Positions 19,901 through 25,938 of a stretch of DNA of 41,250 nucleotides are shown here, one piece after another (position 1 is the first letter of the stretch; the number at the start of each line of letters is the position of its first letter). The notes beneath the pieces are model-generated. The model saw only the letters and a program-made list of their open reading frames with translations, made no database searches and was not told the origin of the DNA. The position numbers and the translations under genes are program-made. Source of the DNA: a virus. Lineage: Duplodnaviria; Caudoviricetes. Location of the stretch: the IMG/VR virus record IMGVR_UViG_3300020057_000067, positions 1-41,250 of that record; one strand, 5' to 3'.

Positions 19901-20270
19901 GCGGCATGGCTACCTAGACGGCCCCGAAGTCAACGCCTACGTCCCGTCCCTTGGCGATGCCCAGGGCCTCGGCGATTTCCACCTCTGGCGTTCTGGCGAG
20001 GCGCGCATCGCCCTGACATTGGTGGATGAGCAACGGGAGTTCGCGCGCATCCTCGCGCTGGATGTCACGAGCCACGTCACGTTGTCAGCGGACCGCTGGC
20101 GCATCGCCTCACTACCGATGGTCGTCCGCAGCTATGGCGTGAGCGTCACTGGCGGCGCCCACGTCTGGACGCCGACCTATGACCTCGAAGAGCTACCGGC
20201 ACATACGGCGTGGTTCACGCTGGACTCCGCTGGTTCCCTGCTTGACGGCTCGACCGTCCTGGCGTACTAA
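16902..20270 (+). CDS. Large tail tip or receptor-binding protein with two CBM-like domains and a LamG/ConA-like domain
   Basis: NPGFEVDTTGW CBM-like start; HMWRLGE, FSIALRVK, WHSIVATYDGATMRLYFDG and DEVAL LamG motifs; follows the tape measure gene. Confidence 0.8.
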   Translation: MATSTLVPIPHVRVLWRPEQYNRVANPGFEVDTTGWSVSAGINGAGTSITRITTDDRTGLACGQLVTTATAGSGVNYDLGAWGYYPEKDYGTIYAVTAWLRWVSGPRICKLVLGSQGTTSQRDELVITDLADQWTPYRLLWSPRGTTVITDAQLALVTITGEILTVNIDDVTLYQPEGFSCVENGTGRLLSSGAQTIVGWDASASYIASAPTTLTTTTTTPYVTDADGTEERYLSVTTTATDGSGVDYPLGDRRFVAGRTYRLRLVVRQNGGSGATLRLRFGSLGTSADRSTSDVTLGSAWATYTLDWTPTSDRTDALLTLQNAAASTLAFKVTHIEVYDSLDELGSALGDFSWQRGANFDGGNEAAGTFTLSVIDPAGNYQPANGDNLKLHEALGFAHMWRLGELAGTTAYDSIGTRNGTYAGTYTLGKPGSLAPGDADPSVLFADAGATSGQVQVADHADFDFMEGTGSFSIALRVKRTGETAGESAWLFRRVAANGGVALSWSADGNSILFRRDDSSTFDDLEVAQPTPSFDAWHSIVATYDGATMRLYFDGVLAGSRASTQNIGTLAVTSRIGGSGTSGLTGFEDEVALGPAVLSADDSRRLHAGPSSLYGSLAPGRPVLGRADYGADGYPLFVGTISDIAPSPFEARVIITGTDQLASIGRVGIRQDFIESKSYSDSRRFAISQGLMYGKQRWSRVAADILGYSRMDLANGIEGSTFFDGTADVTDLASYLSALNEATATVHYIAPRYDANAPWRYTTVDRAALTDTAAGTTIDEDFADITSHSSGFERLQNRRRVTWQSYDRLVLPPDVKFGQLYTWLARAADPAQAATTYAGDADPADPPYLAFTDSRIGDNTGIPEPEFLTTRTPFPFLDGYLGRWDIRGKGKRRRIVVKTITIDTTTRIYPDALVPFSMAAGATMTKSVGFAIPVAGLSVAMFDATVAATVYTILTVDPTEVIIDWWATAADDIEFFGLSGRPFLPREAADVEREDGLSILRHGYLDGPEVNAYVPSLGDAQGLGDFHLWRSGEARIALTLVDEQREFARILALDVTSHVTLSADRWRIASLPMVVRSYGVSVTGGAHVWTPTYDLEELPAHTAWFTLDSAGSLLDGSTVLAY

Positions 20271-20281
20271 GGAGACTCCAT

Positions 20282-20881
20282 ATGGCAAGTTGGACGGCAC
20301 CGAAAACGTGGTCAGCCGCAGCGCAGCTAACGGCCGCAGAGCTCGACACGCATGTGCGCGACAATGAGACCTGGCTGAAAGACGCTCTCACCACGAGCGG
20401 CATCACCAGCGACTCCGTCATCTCCAAGATCAAGTCCGCGCTCTACGGCGTCAAGGCAAGTCGCACGAGCAACCAGTCCATCGCCGACGCGACCGATACG
20501 AGCATCCTGTTCAACGCCGCGGATATCTTCGACAGCGACGCCTTCCACGATACCGTCACGAACAACGCGCGACTGACCGTCCCGACCGGTGGAGGCGGCT
20601 ATTACCTGCTCAGCGCACACGCCGCCTGGGACACCAGCGTGGCGGGATTCATCCAGATCGAGATAGAGCTGAACGGCACCGGCGGTGTGGGTACGACCGT
20701 CCCCGGGTCCGTGACGCGCATCTCGCCCGGCAACAGCGTCACCCATGAGATCGGTACGCCGGCGACGTTGGCACTGTTGTCCGCTGCCGACTACGTCGCC
20801 TGTACGGTGCGTCAGTCCAGCGGTGGCGCTCTCAACGTGACCGGCGCCTCGTTCATGGCCGTGAGGCTCTTCGCGACCTGA
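20282..20881 (+). CDS. Minor tail or fibre protein with C1q/TNF-like C-terminal domain
   Basis: WTAPKTW..LTAAELDTHVRDN N-terminus; RLTVPTGGGGYYLL...ADYVACTVRQSSGGALN. Confidence 0.7.
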   Translation: MASWTAPKTWSAAAQLTAAELDTHVRDNETWLKDALTTSGITSDSVISKIKSALYGVKASRTSNQSIADATDTSILFNAADIFDSDAFHDTVTNNARLTVPTGGGGYYLLSAHAAWDTSVAGFIQIEIELNGTGGVGTTVPGSVTRISPGNSVTHEIGTPATLALLSAADYVACTVRQSSGGALNVTGASFMAVRLFAT

Positions 20882-20901
20882 GGCTCCCTGCCGCTACACA
20901 T

Positions 20902-20937
20902 GCCCCGCTTCGTCCTTCGGGACGGGGCGGGGCTTTT
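20902..20937 (+). terminator. Intrinsic terminator ending the structural operon
   Basis: 14-bp GC stem with a cUUCGg tetraloop, followed by TTTT. Confidence 0.85.
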
Positions 20938-21007
20938 CGCTGTCTTGCGGCGGAAGGTCATCTGTTCACGCCCCATTGGGTCGCCGTGGGCAGGGGCTTT
21001 TCTGTTT

Positions 21008-21054
21008 CCACTACATGTTGTGGTGAAGTCGGTCGGGTGTACTACATATAGTGG
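21008..21054. promoter_or_regulatory. Tandem NrdR-box-like palindromes
   Basis: CCACTACATGTTGTGG (21008-21023) and GTACTACATATAGTGG (21039-21054), 31 bp apart start to start; they resemble the NrdR consensus acaCwAtATaTwGtg. Confidence 0.7.
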
Positions 21055-21055
21055 C

Positions 21056-21084
21056 TTGCCAAGTGTTGTAACGAGCGCTAGGGT
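21056..21084 (+). promoter_or_regulatory. Sigma70-type early promoter
   Basis: TTGCCA-17 bp-TAGGGT; ATG 9 nt downstream with no RBS (near-leaderless). Confidence 0.65.
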
Positions 21085-21093
21085 ACGTTGCAC

Positions 21094-21303
21094 ATGAAAC
21101 GGACACGGACACCCGATTGGCGCGAACAGCGCGAACAGCGCGGCCTGACACTGTCGGAGGTAGCGCGACGCGCCGGCCTCAACAAGGGTGACCTGTCGCG
21201 CATCGAGACCAAGCGCCTGGTGCCCACGGCCGACGAGGCTCGCGCCATCCTCCGGGCATTGGGCGATGACCGCGCTCCGGTCAAGGTCGAGACGACGGCA
21301 TGA
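21094..21303 (+). CDS. Cro/XRE-family HTH protein
   Basis: REQRGLTLSEVARRAGLNKGDLSRIET. Confidence 0.9.
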   Translation: MKRTRTPDWREQREQRGLTLSEVARRAGLNKGDLSRIETKRLVPTADEARAILRALGDDRAPVKVETTA

Positions 21304-21923
21304 CCATCCAACAGATGCCGACCGAACGTCCGCATGAGAGCGTTGTAGTCCCTGGTCGACACAAGGACATCGAGGCCGATATCTTCCGTGAGAGCGAAGC
21401 TCTTCCTGGCCTCGATGTCCTTATCTCCCGCGTCCTGCGACTCAGCGAGGAAGAGGGCCTGACGCTGGCGCTGGCTGCGGTCCGCGTCTACCTCGCCGCG
21501 ACGCTCGACGACGACGCACGGGACACCCTCGCTGTCCGCGGGCTTGCGTCGATGGCAGGCGATATCGCGGGACGCTTCAACCGGCTACCCGACGAGTCGG
21601 CCGGCAAGGACGATCGGGCCGCGTTCCTCGGTCGCTTCCAGCTCAACACCCGCCACTCACCGGCTGCGCTGGCTGACGTGATGCAACGGGTCCGCCTGGT
21701 GGGTCACGACGGCCTGGTCAGGCCGCTCATCGACTTCTCGATGGATGACGTGAGGTCATTCCGGTCGCGCAGCGATGCCCAGGTCGAGGGGTGGCAGCGC
21801 CGTGTGAAGTTGATGGCCGAGTACGAGGCCGCGCTGACGAAGCACAAGGCCGCTACCGGGCGTGACCTACCGAAGGTGGTACTGGAGCGCATCAGGAAGG
21901 AAGCGCAGAAGGCATGGTCATGA
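21300..21923 (+). CDS. Hypothetical protein, candidate Tas partner; its N-terminus encodes guide units 1-2
   Basis: ATGA-coupled at both ends; helical; no recognised motif. Confidence 0.7.
   Translation: MTIQQMPTERPHESVVVPGRHKDIEADIFRESEALPGLDVLISRVLRLSEEEGLTLALAAVRVYLAATLDDDARDTLAVRGLASMAGDIAGRFNRLPDESAGKDDRAAFLGRFQLNTRHSPAALADVMQRVRLVGHDGLVRPLIDFSMDDVRSFRSRSDAQVEGWQRRVKLMAEYEAALTKHKAATGRDLPKVVLERIRKEAQKAWS
21321..21410 (+). ncRNA. TIGR-like guide units 1 and 2
   Basis: ACCGA-ACGTCCGCA-TGAGAGCGT-TGTAGTCCC-TGGT (21321-21356) and GCCGA-TATCTTCCG-TGAGAGCGA-AGCTCTTCC-TGGC (21375-21410). Unit 2 is closed by a perfect 15-bp stem. Confidence 0.75.
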
Positions 21924-22870
21924 CCGGCGCCGCTGACATCGTCGTGAGCGAAGCGCGTCTTGGCGCCGAACCACAGCTTGAGAGCGAGCTTCCGCCTGGC
22001 GCCACTACGCGCTACATCGATGCGAGCACCGAGCTACTCGGCCAGCTCGCATCGATGTGGATGGACTTCCAACAGATGCGCAAGGCGGCCGCTCAGCGTG
22101 GCCTCACCGACAAGGACGTGGCGGTACTGCTCAAGGTCGAGACGCACTTCGGCGATCAGCTCAAGAAGGCGCTACGCCAGCACGTCCTGTGGGATGGCTT
22201 CCTTTCGGAACTGTCAGGACTAGGCGGTGTCCATACAGCGCGCCTCATCGCCCGTATCGGTGACCCGCGTCGGTTCCCCGGCCAGCAATGCACGATGGGA
22301 CATACGTTCGTTCCGACAAATAGATTGGGCAGTTGCCCGTTTCAAGCTGTGGACGGCGAGCATTGTCCCGGCATCGTGCAGGAGCCACGTCGGGGGACCG
22401 GCACGCGGTCCGTGTGGCACTACCTCGGCCTCCATGTCGTCAACGGTCGCAGCCCGCGCAAGCAGAAGGGGCAGCAGGCCGACTGGGACCCGCTGGGGCG
22501 CACCGCCGTCCTGCAGCCCGACGGCATCGCCGACGCCATCGTGCGCAACCGCGTGCCGCGCTACCGCGACATCTACGACGACAGCAAGGCGCGCTTGATA
22601 AGGGAGCGCGGGGCCGACAGCCGGAGTGAGGTCGACGCCCTGCCTGGCCCCGACGCTCCAGACCACACAAGGGCGGAGGCCGAGTCGCCGTATGAGATCG
22701 AGCCTACGCATGGCCTCCGCCCATTCGAGTCTGACCGTATCGCCCGCAAGATCGCTGCCAAGGCGTTCGTGGGCGACCTCCTGCAGGAGTGGAAGCGCAG
22801 GGCCGATACGCCCGATGTGAGCGATTTCGAGCCTGGCCCCGCTTCCGCTCCTGCCGAGGCAGCAGCATGA
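21920..22870 (+). CDS. IS110/Nop-domain RNA-binding protein without nuclease domain (TasA-like)
   Basis: LWDGFLSELSGLGGVHTARLIARIGDPRRF, SVWHYLGLH, PRKQKGQQADWD, YRDIYDDSKARL and ARKIAAKAFVGDLLQEW resemble the IS110 C-terminal/Nop fold. No RuvC DEDD or HNH motif. Associated with dual-spacer repeat units. Confidence 0.75.
   Translation: MTGAADIVVSEARLGAEPQLESELPPGATTRYIDASTELLGQLASMWMDFQQMRKAAAQRGLTDKDVAVLLKVETHFGDQLKKALRQHVLWDGFLSELSGLGGVHTARLIARIGDPRRFPGQQCTMGHTFVPTNRLGSCPFQAVDGEHCPGIVQEPRRGTGTRSVWHYLGLHVVNGRSPRKQKGQQADWDPLGRTAVLQPDGIADAIVRNRVPRYRDIYDDSKARLIRERGADSRSEVDALPGPDAPDHTRAEAESPYEIEPTHGLRPFESDRIARKIAAKAFVGDLLQEWKRRADTPDVSDFEPGPASAPAEAAA
21929..22000 (+). ncRNA. TIGR-like guide units 3 and 4 (tandem, 36-nt period)
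   Basis: GCCGC-TGACATCGT-CGTGAGCGA-AGCGCGTCT-TGGC then GCCGA-ACCACAGCT-TGAGAGCGA-GCTTCCGCC-TGGC. Confidence 0.75.
22613..22714 (+). ncRNA. TIGR-like guide units 5 and 6
   Basis: GCCGA-CAGCCGGAG-TGAGGTCGA-CGCCCTGCC-TGGC (22613-22648) and GCCGA-GTCGCCGTA-TGAGATCGA-GCCTACGCA-TGGC (22679-22714), each with its own closing stem. Confidence 0.75.
22802..22837 (+). ncRNA. TIGR-like guide unit 7
   Basis: GCCGA-TACGCCCGA-TGTGAGCGA-TTTCGAGCC-TGGC; closing stem GGAAGCG..GGGCC with GGCCCCGCTTCC. Confidence 0.75.
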
Positions 22871-23142
22871 CGGACAAGCTCTGGCAGCAGGGCAAGCTCG
22901 ACGCCCGGTGCCGTGACTGCGGCGAGGGCATGGCAGCCACGAGCCGCTGCTACAAGTGCGGCTCGAAGTCCCTGAGCATGATCCCCCACATGTCCGAAGG
23001 CTGGACCGCGTGTCTCGCCGGCGGGGGTGGGGCTATCGGCGGGACGCGGGACACATCGAAGGCGCGCGCAGCGTCGCTTGCGGCCAGACAGGACCCCCCT
23101 AAAGCGACCCTTCCCGCCGTGCAGGTGGGTCTGGGGCTATGA
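22867..23142 (+). CDS. Zinc-ribbon protein
   Basis: ATGA overlap; CRDC...CYKC. Confidence 0.6.
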   Translation: MTDKLWQQGKLDARCRDCGEGMAATSRCYKCGSKSLSMIPHMSEGWTACLAGGGGAIGGTRDTSKARAASLAARQDPPKATLPAVQVGLGL

Positions 23143-23501
23143 AGCCGGAAGTCATCCTCCCCTTCGCGGAGAACGAACGCGCCCGCATGCTCCTGTCGCT
23201 GCTCTCTCGCGGCCCCGCTTCGACGCTGGACCTCCAGCGTGACCTGCCACTGGTGCATGTGGCCAGGCAGGTGTGGGAGTTGCGCCATTGGTACGGCTAC
23301 GAGATCAGGACGACACGACTCCCGAACCGGGTAGCGGTCTACAGACTCGTCGGGAAAGCGCGGATGAGCGTCATCCCCCCGCAGTCCCCGACGTGCCCGA
23401 AGTGCGCCAACTCGCTCAACGATATCAAGGCCACGCTGACCGACGGCATCCTCGATGGGCGCTGTCGTGACCACGGGCGGACGCTGGTGAGGGTCGCATG
23501 A
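23139..23501 (+). CDS. Winged-HTH plus zinc-finger protein
   Basis: LLSLLSRGPAST..HVARQVWELRHWYGYEI..VAVYRL; CPKC...CRDH. Confidence 0.7.
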   Translation: MKPEVILPFAENERARMLLSLLSRGPASTLDLQRDLPLVHVARQVWELRHWYGYEIRTTRLPNRVAVYRLVGKARMSVIPPQSPTCPKCANSLNDIKATLTDGILDGRCRDHGRTLVRVA

Positions 23502-23884
23502 AAGCCCTCGCCCTCGCCGCCGTGCTCACCCTCACCGCCGTGCTCACCCTCACCGCCGTCCCCGCCGATGCGCGCATGAGCGAAGACGTGTTCAGGGCTC
23601 GTGTCTGGCTCAAGGGCCAGATGCACCCGTGGCAGTTCGCCTGCCTGCACCGCTTGTGGAGCAACGAGAGCGGCTGGCGCGTCGATGCACGTGGACCGAT
23701 GACCCGATGGGGCCGTGCCTATGGCATCCCGCAGGCGTTACCCGGACGAAAGATGCGGAGTGCCGGGAGCGACTGGCGCACCAACGCCATGACCCAGGTC
23801 CGCTGGGGTCTGAGTTACGTCAAGGCGCGCTACGGCGGACCCTGCCGGGCGCTGCGTCACTTCCGGGTGGTCTCGTGGTACTAG
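23498..23884 (+). CDS. Secreted lytic transglycosylase (SLT/lysozyme-like)
   Basis: Signal peptide; CLHRLWSNESGW, AYGIPQALPG and TQVRWGLSYVKARYGGPC. Confidence 0.85.
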   Translation: MKALALAAVLTLTAVLTLTAVPADARMSEDVFRARVWLKGQMHPWQFACLHRLWSNESGWRVDARGPMTRWGRAYGIPQALPGRKMRSAGSDWRTNAMTQVRWGLSYVKARYGGPCRALRHFRVVSWY

Positions 23885-23886
23885 CG

Positions 23887-24054
23887 ATGAACGCCGACCT
23901 CGAACAGATGCGATCCCGCATCATCGCCGACGCTCTCCGTGATGTCCGCGCCCGTGGTGAGCGCCAGGCGCTCGTCTCTCGCATCCATCGCGTCTGTGAT
24001 GAAGCTGTCGAGGCTCGACGTGCCGCGCTGCTGGCGCTGGGACGGGCCGCATGA
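23887..24054 (+). CDS. Hypothetical protein
   Basis: Packed ORF beginning MNADLEQMRSRII. Confidence 0.5.
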   Translation: MNADLEQMRSRIIADALRDVRARGERQALVSRIHRVCDEAVEARRAALLALGRAA

Positions 24055-24221
24055 CCGTCGAGCTCAACCACGTCCGGCGCAGGCGGCTCCACGTCCATCG
24101 GTTTCGTTACGTCCAGACGGACGTGTACATCACGGACATCTTCGACGCGCGGATCGGGCCTATCCGCGAGTCGTGGCGCTGTCGTTGTGGCGAGACGCAA
24201 GAGCGAGAGGTATCGGCATGA
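24051..24221 (+). CDS. Hypothetical protein
   Basis: ATGA-coupled at both ends; MTVELNH...HVHRF...WRCRCGE. Confidence 0.5.
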   Translation: MTVELNHVRRRRLHVHRFRYVQTDVYITDIFDARIGPIRESWRCRCGETQEREVSA

Positions 24222-24343
24222 ACTTGTTGCGCCGTATCGCCGACCGCGTCGAGCGTGACCCGCTGAACGGCGTCTGGGTCGTCTTCATCGCCGCCGGCGC
24301 GCTCTACATCGGGCTGCACATCGTCGCAGCCATCACGAGCTAG
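24218..24343 (+). CDS. Small membrane protein
   Basis: MNLLRRIADRVERDPLNGVWVVFIAAGALYIGLHIVAAITS. Confidence 0.5.
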   Translation: MNLLRRIADRVERDPLNGVWVVFIAAGALYIGLHIVAAITS

Positions 24344-24365
24344 ATGATGCAAGGAGGGAACGTGC

Positions 24366-24548
24366 ATGACAGCAACCGTGGGCTTCTTTTGCCAGAGCAA
24401 CCGAGGGCTACCCAAGGAGACTTTCCGATCGGAGCAGGCGGCGAAACGGGCACTGTCCAGCAAGCGGCGCTTCAAGGCCCGCAGGTACCCGCACGTCTTC
24501 AGGTGCCCGTCGTGCAGTCGCTTCCATCTGACGAGCAGCACCTCGTGA
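24366..24548 (+). CDS. Small basic zinc-finger protein
   Basis: AAGGAGG upstream; KETFRSEQAA...FRCPSCSRFHLTS. Confidence 0.6.
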   Translation: MTATVGFFCQSNRGLPKETFRSEQAAKRALSSKRRFKARRYPHVFRCPSCSRFHLTSSTS

Positions 24549-24768
24549 CTCCAGCCATGCCAGGGGCAGGGAACCTTCCTCCTGCCCCTGGCCCCCACCG
24601 AGTCGCGCGCTCCAAGGCGGGCGTCCAACACATCGCTGACACGTGTGACCGTGACGGAACCGTGCTCACCCGCTGCGGCAATACCCTGCCGCACCCCAAG
24701 CACTTCCGTCTCGTCGGCGTGCTGTGCAAGAGCTGCGACGACGTGACAGTGGCACTGGCGGCCGGAAG

Positions 24769-25569
24769 ATGAGCGTAGGTCTGGCTCGCGACACACAACG
24801 TCGAGGCTCCATCTCGTGGCACCGCTACGTCTGTGGCATCCATCAGGCGGTCGGTTTCCCCGGAGCTACGACGATCATGAACAAGAAGGACAAGCCTCAG
24901 CTCGGGGATTGGTTCAAACGTCAGGGTGCCCTGGCTGCTATCCGGCATATCGAGGCTATCCCAAGCCTGCTCAAGACGAGTACCGAAGATGCGGTCGTCA
25001 AGATGCTCGCGTCGGCTGCTGACAAGGCCAGAGACGACGCCGGCAACATCGGGACGCTCACACATCAGGCCATCGAGCATCGCGTCAGGAAAGAGTCGGC
25101 CGAAGGGTGCACCCGGCACGACGAGCCGCCGTGTGTGTGGCCGCTCCCCGATGACGTAGCAAAGGGGCTCGAGGGGTTCGTCAAGTGGGGCACGGACCGC
25201 AAGCCCAAGATCATCGCCTCGGAGTTCATGGTCGTCTCCGAGACAGAGCGATACGGCGCCACGGGTGACCTCGCTATGACGATCGACGGGGATATCTGGC
25301 TGGTGGACGTGAAGACATCCTCGGGCGTGTACGCCGAAACCGGCCTACAGCTAGCCGCCATCAGGTGGGCGGACCATGCCGGGGTGCCGGATGACCCGAA
25401 GCCATATCGGGTGCCACAAGCGACCCACTACGGCGTCCTTCACGTGCGTCCTGACGGCACGGAGATGGTGCGTTTCGACGTGACGGACGCCGAGTTCCGA
25501 GCGTTCCTCGCGTGCCGTGACCTCTACGAATGGGACCGAGACAGAAGCAGGAGGGTGAAAGCAGCATGA
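24769..25569 (+). CDS. PD-(D/E)XK exonuclease (RecB/Cas4-like recombination nuclease)
   Basis: GTLTHQAIE, SEFMV, GATGDL, LVDVKTS and LQLAA motifs. Confidence 0.88.
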   Translation: MSVGLARDTQRRGSISWHRYVCGIHQAVGFPGATTIMNKKDKPQLGDWFKRQGALAAIRHIEAIPSLLKTSTEDAVVKMLASAADKARDDAGNIGTLTHQAIEHRVRKESAEGCTRHDEPPCVWPLPDDVAKGLEGFVKWGTDRKPKIIASEFMVVSETERYGATGDLAMTIDGDIWLVDVKTSSGVYAETGLQLAAIRWADHAGVPDDPKPYRVPQATHYGVLHVRPDGTEMVRFDVTDAEFRAFLACRDLYEWDRDRSRRVKAA

Positions 25570-25925
25570 CCCGCAAGTCCGCCATCGGTATCACCATCCA
25601 CTACGACGACGATACCGTGGACAAGGTGCCCATCGCCGTCGTCATCAACGCCGTGGCCGCGCAGCCTGCGGGCCGTGGCAACGCTAACTGGATCAACGCC
25701 GACGAGTGCCCCGAGCATGGCCCCTGGAAGGCCATCGCGTCCGGTGTCTCCAAGACCACCGGCAGGGAGTATCACGCCTTTTGGACGTGCGACACCGAGC
25801 AGGGCGCGCCGCGCTGCACCAACAAGCCTTCCCGTGACTGGATAGAGACGCATCCCCCAGGAGGAGTGTCCTCCTCTGCTCCGTCACAACGAGACGAGAA
25901 CTTCTTCGACGACCTGTCCTTCTGA
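25566..25925 (+). CDS. Zn-binding protein with SSB-like acidic tail
   Basis: CPEHG...GVSKTTGREYHAFWTC...C; C-terminus DENFFDDLSF. Confidence 0.6.
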   Translation: MTRKSAIGITIHYDDDTVDKVPIAVVINAVAAQPAGRGNANWINADECPEHGPWKAIASGVSKTTGREYHAFWTCDTEQGAPRCTNKPSRDWIETHPPGGVSSSAPSQRDENFFDDLSF

Positions 25926-25938
25926 TGAGGGTCAACCG

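Noticed and set aside
21321-22837. CRISPR array
   Set aside because: Constant parts are only about 9 nt and alternate with 9-nt variable parts; no cas operon. The nuclease at 24769 is a common phage recombination exonuclease.
21920-22870. IS110-family insertion sequence
   Set aside because: No N-terminal DEDD RuvC domain and no non-coding element ends; the gene is translationally coupled within a phage operon.
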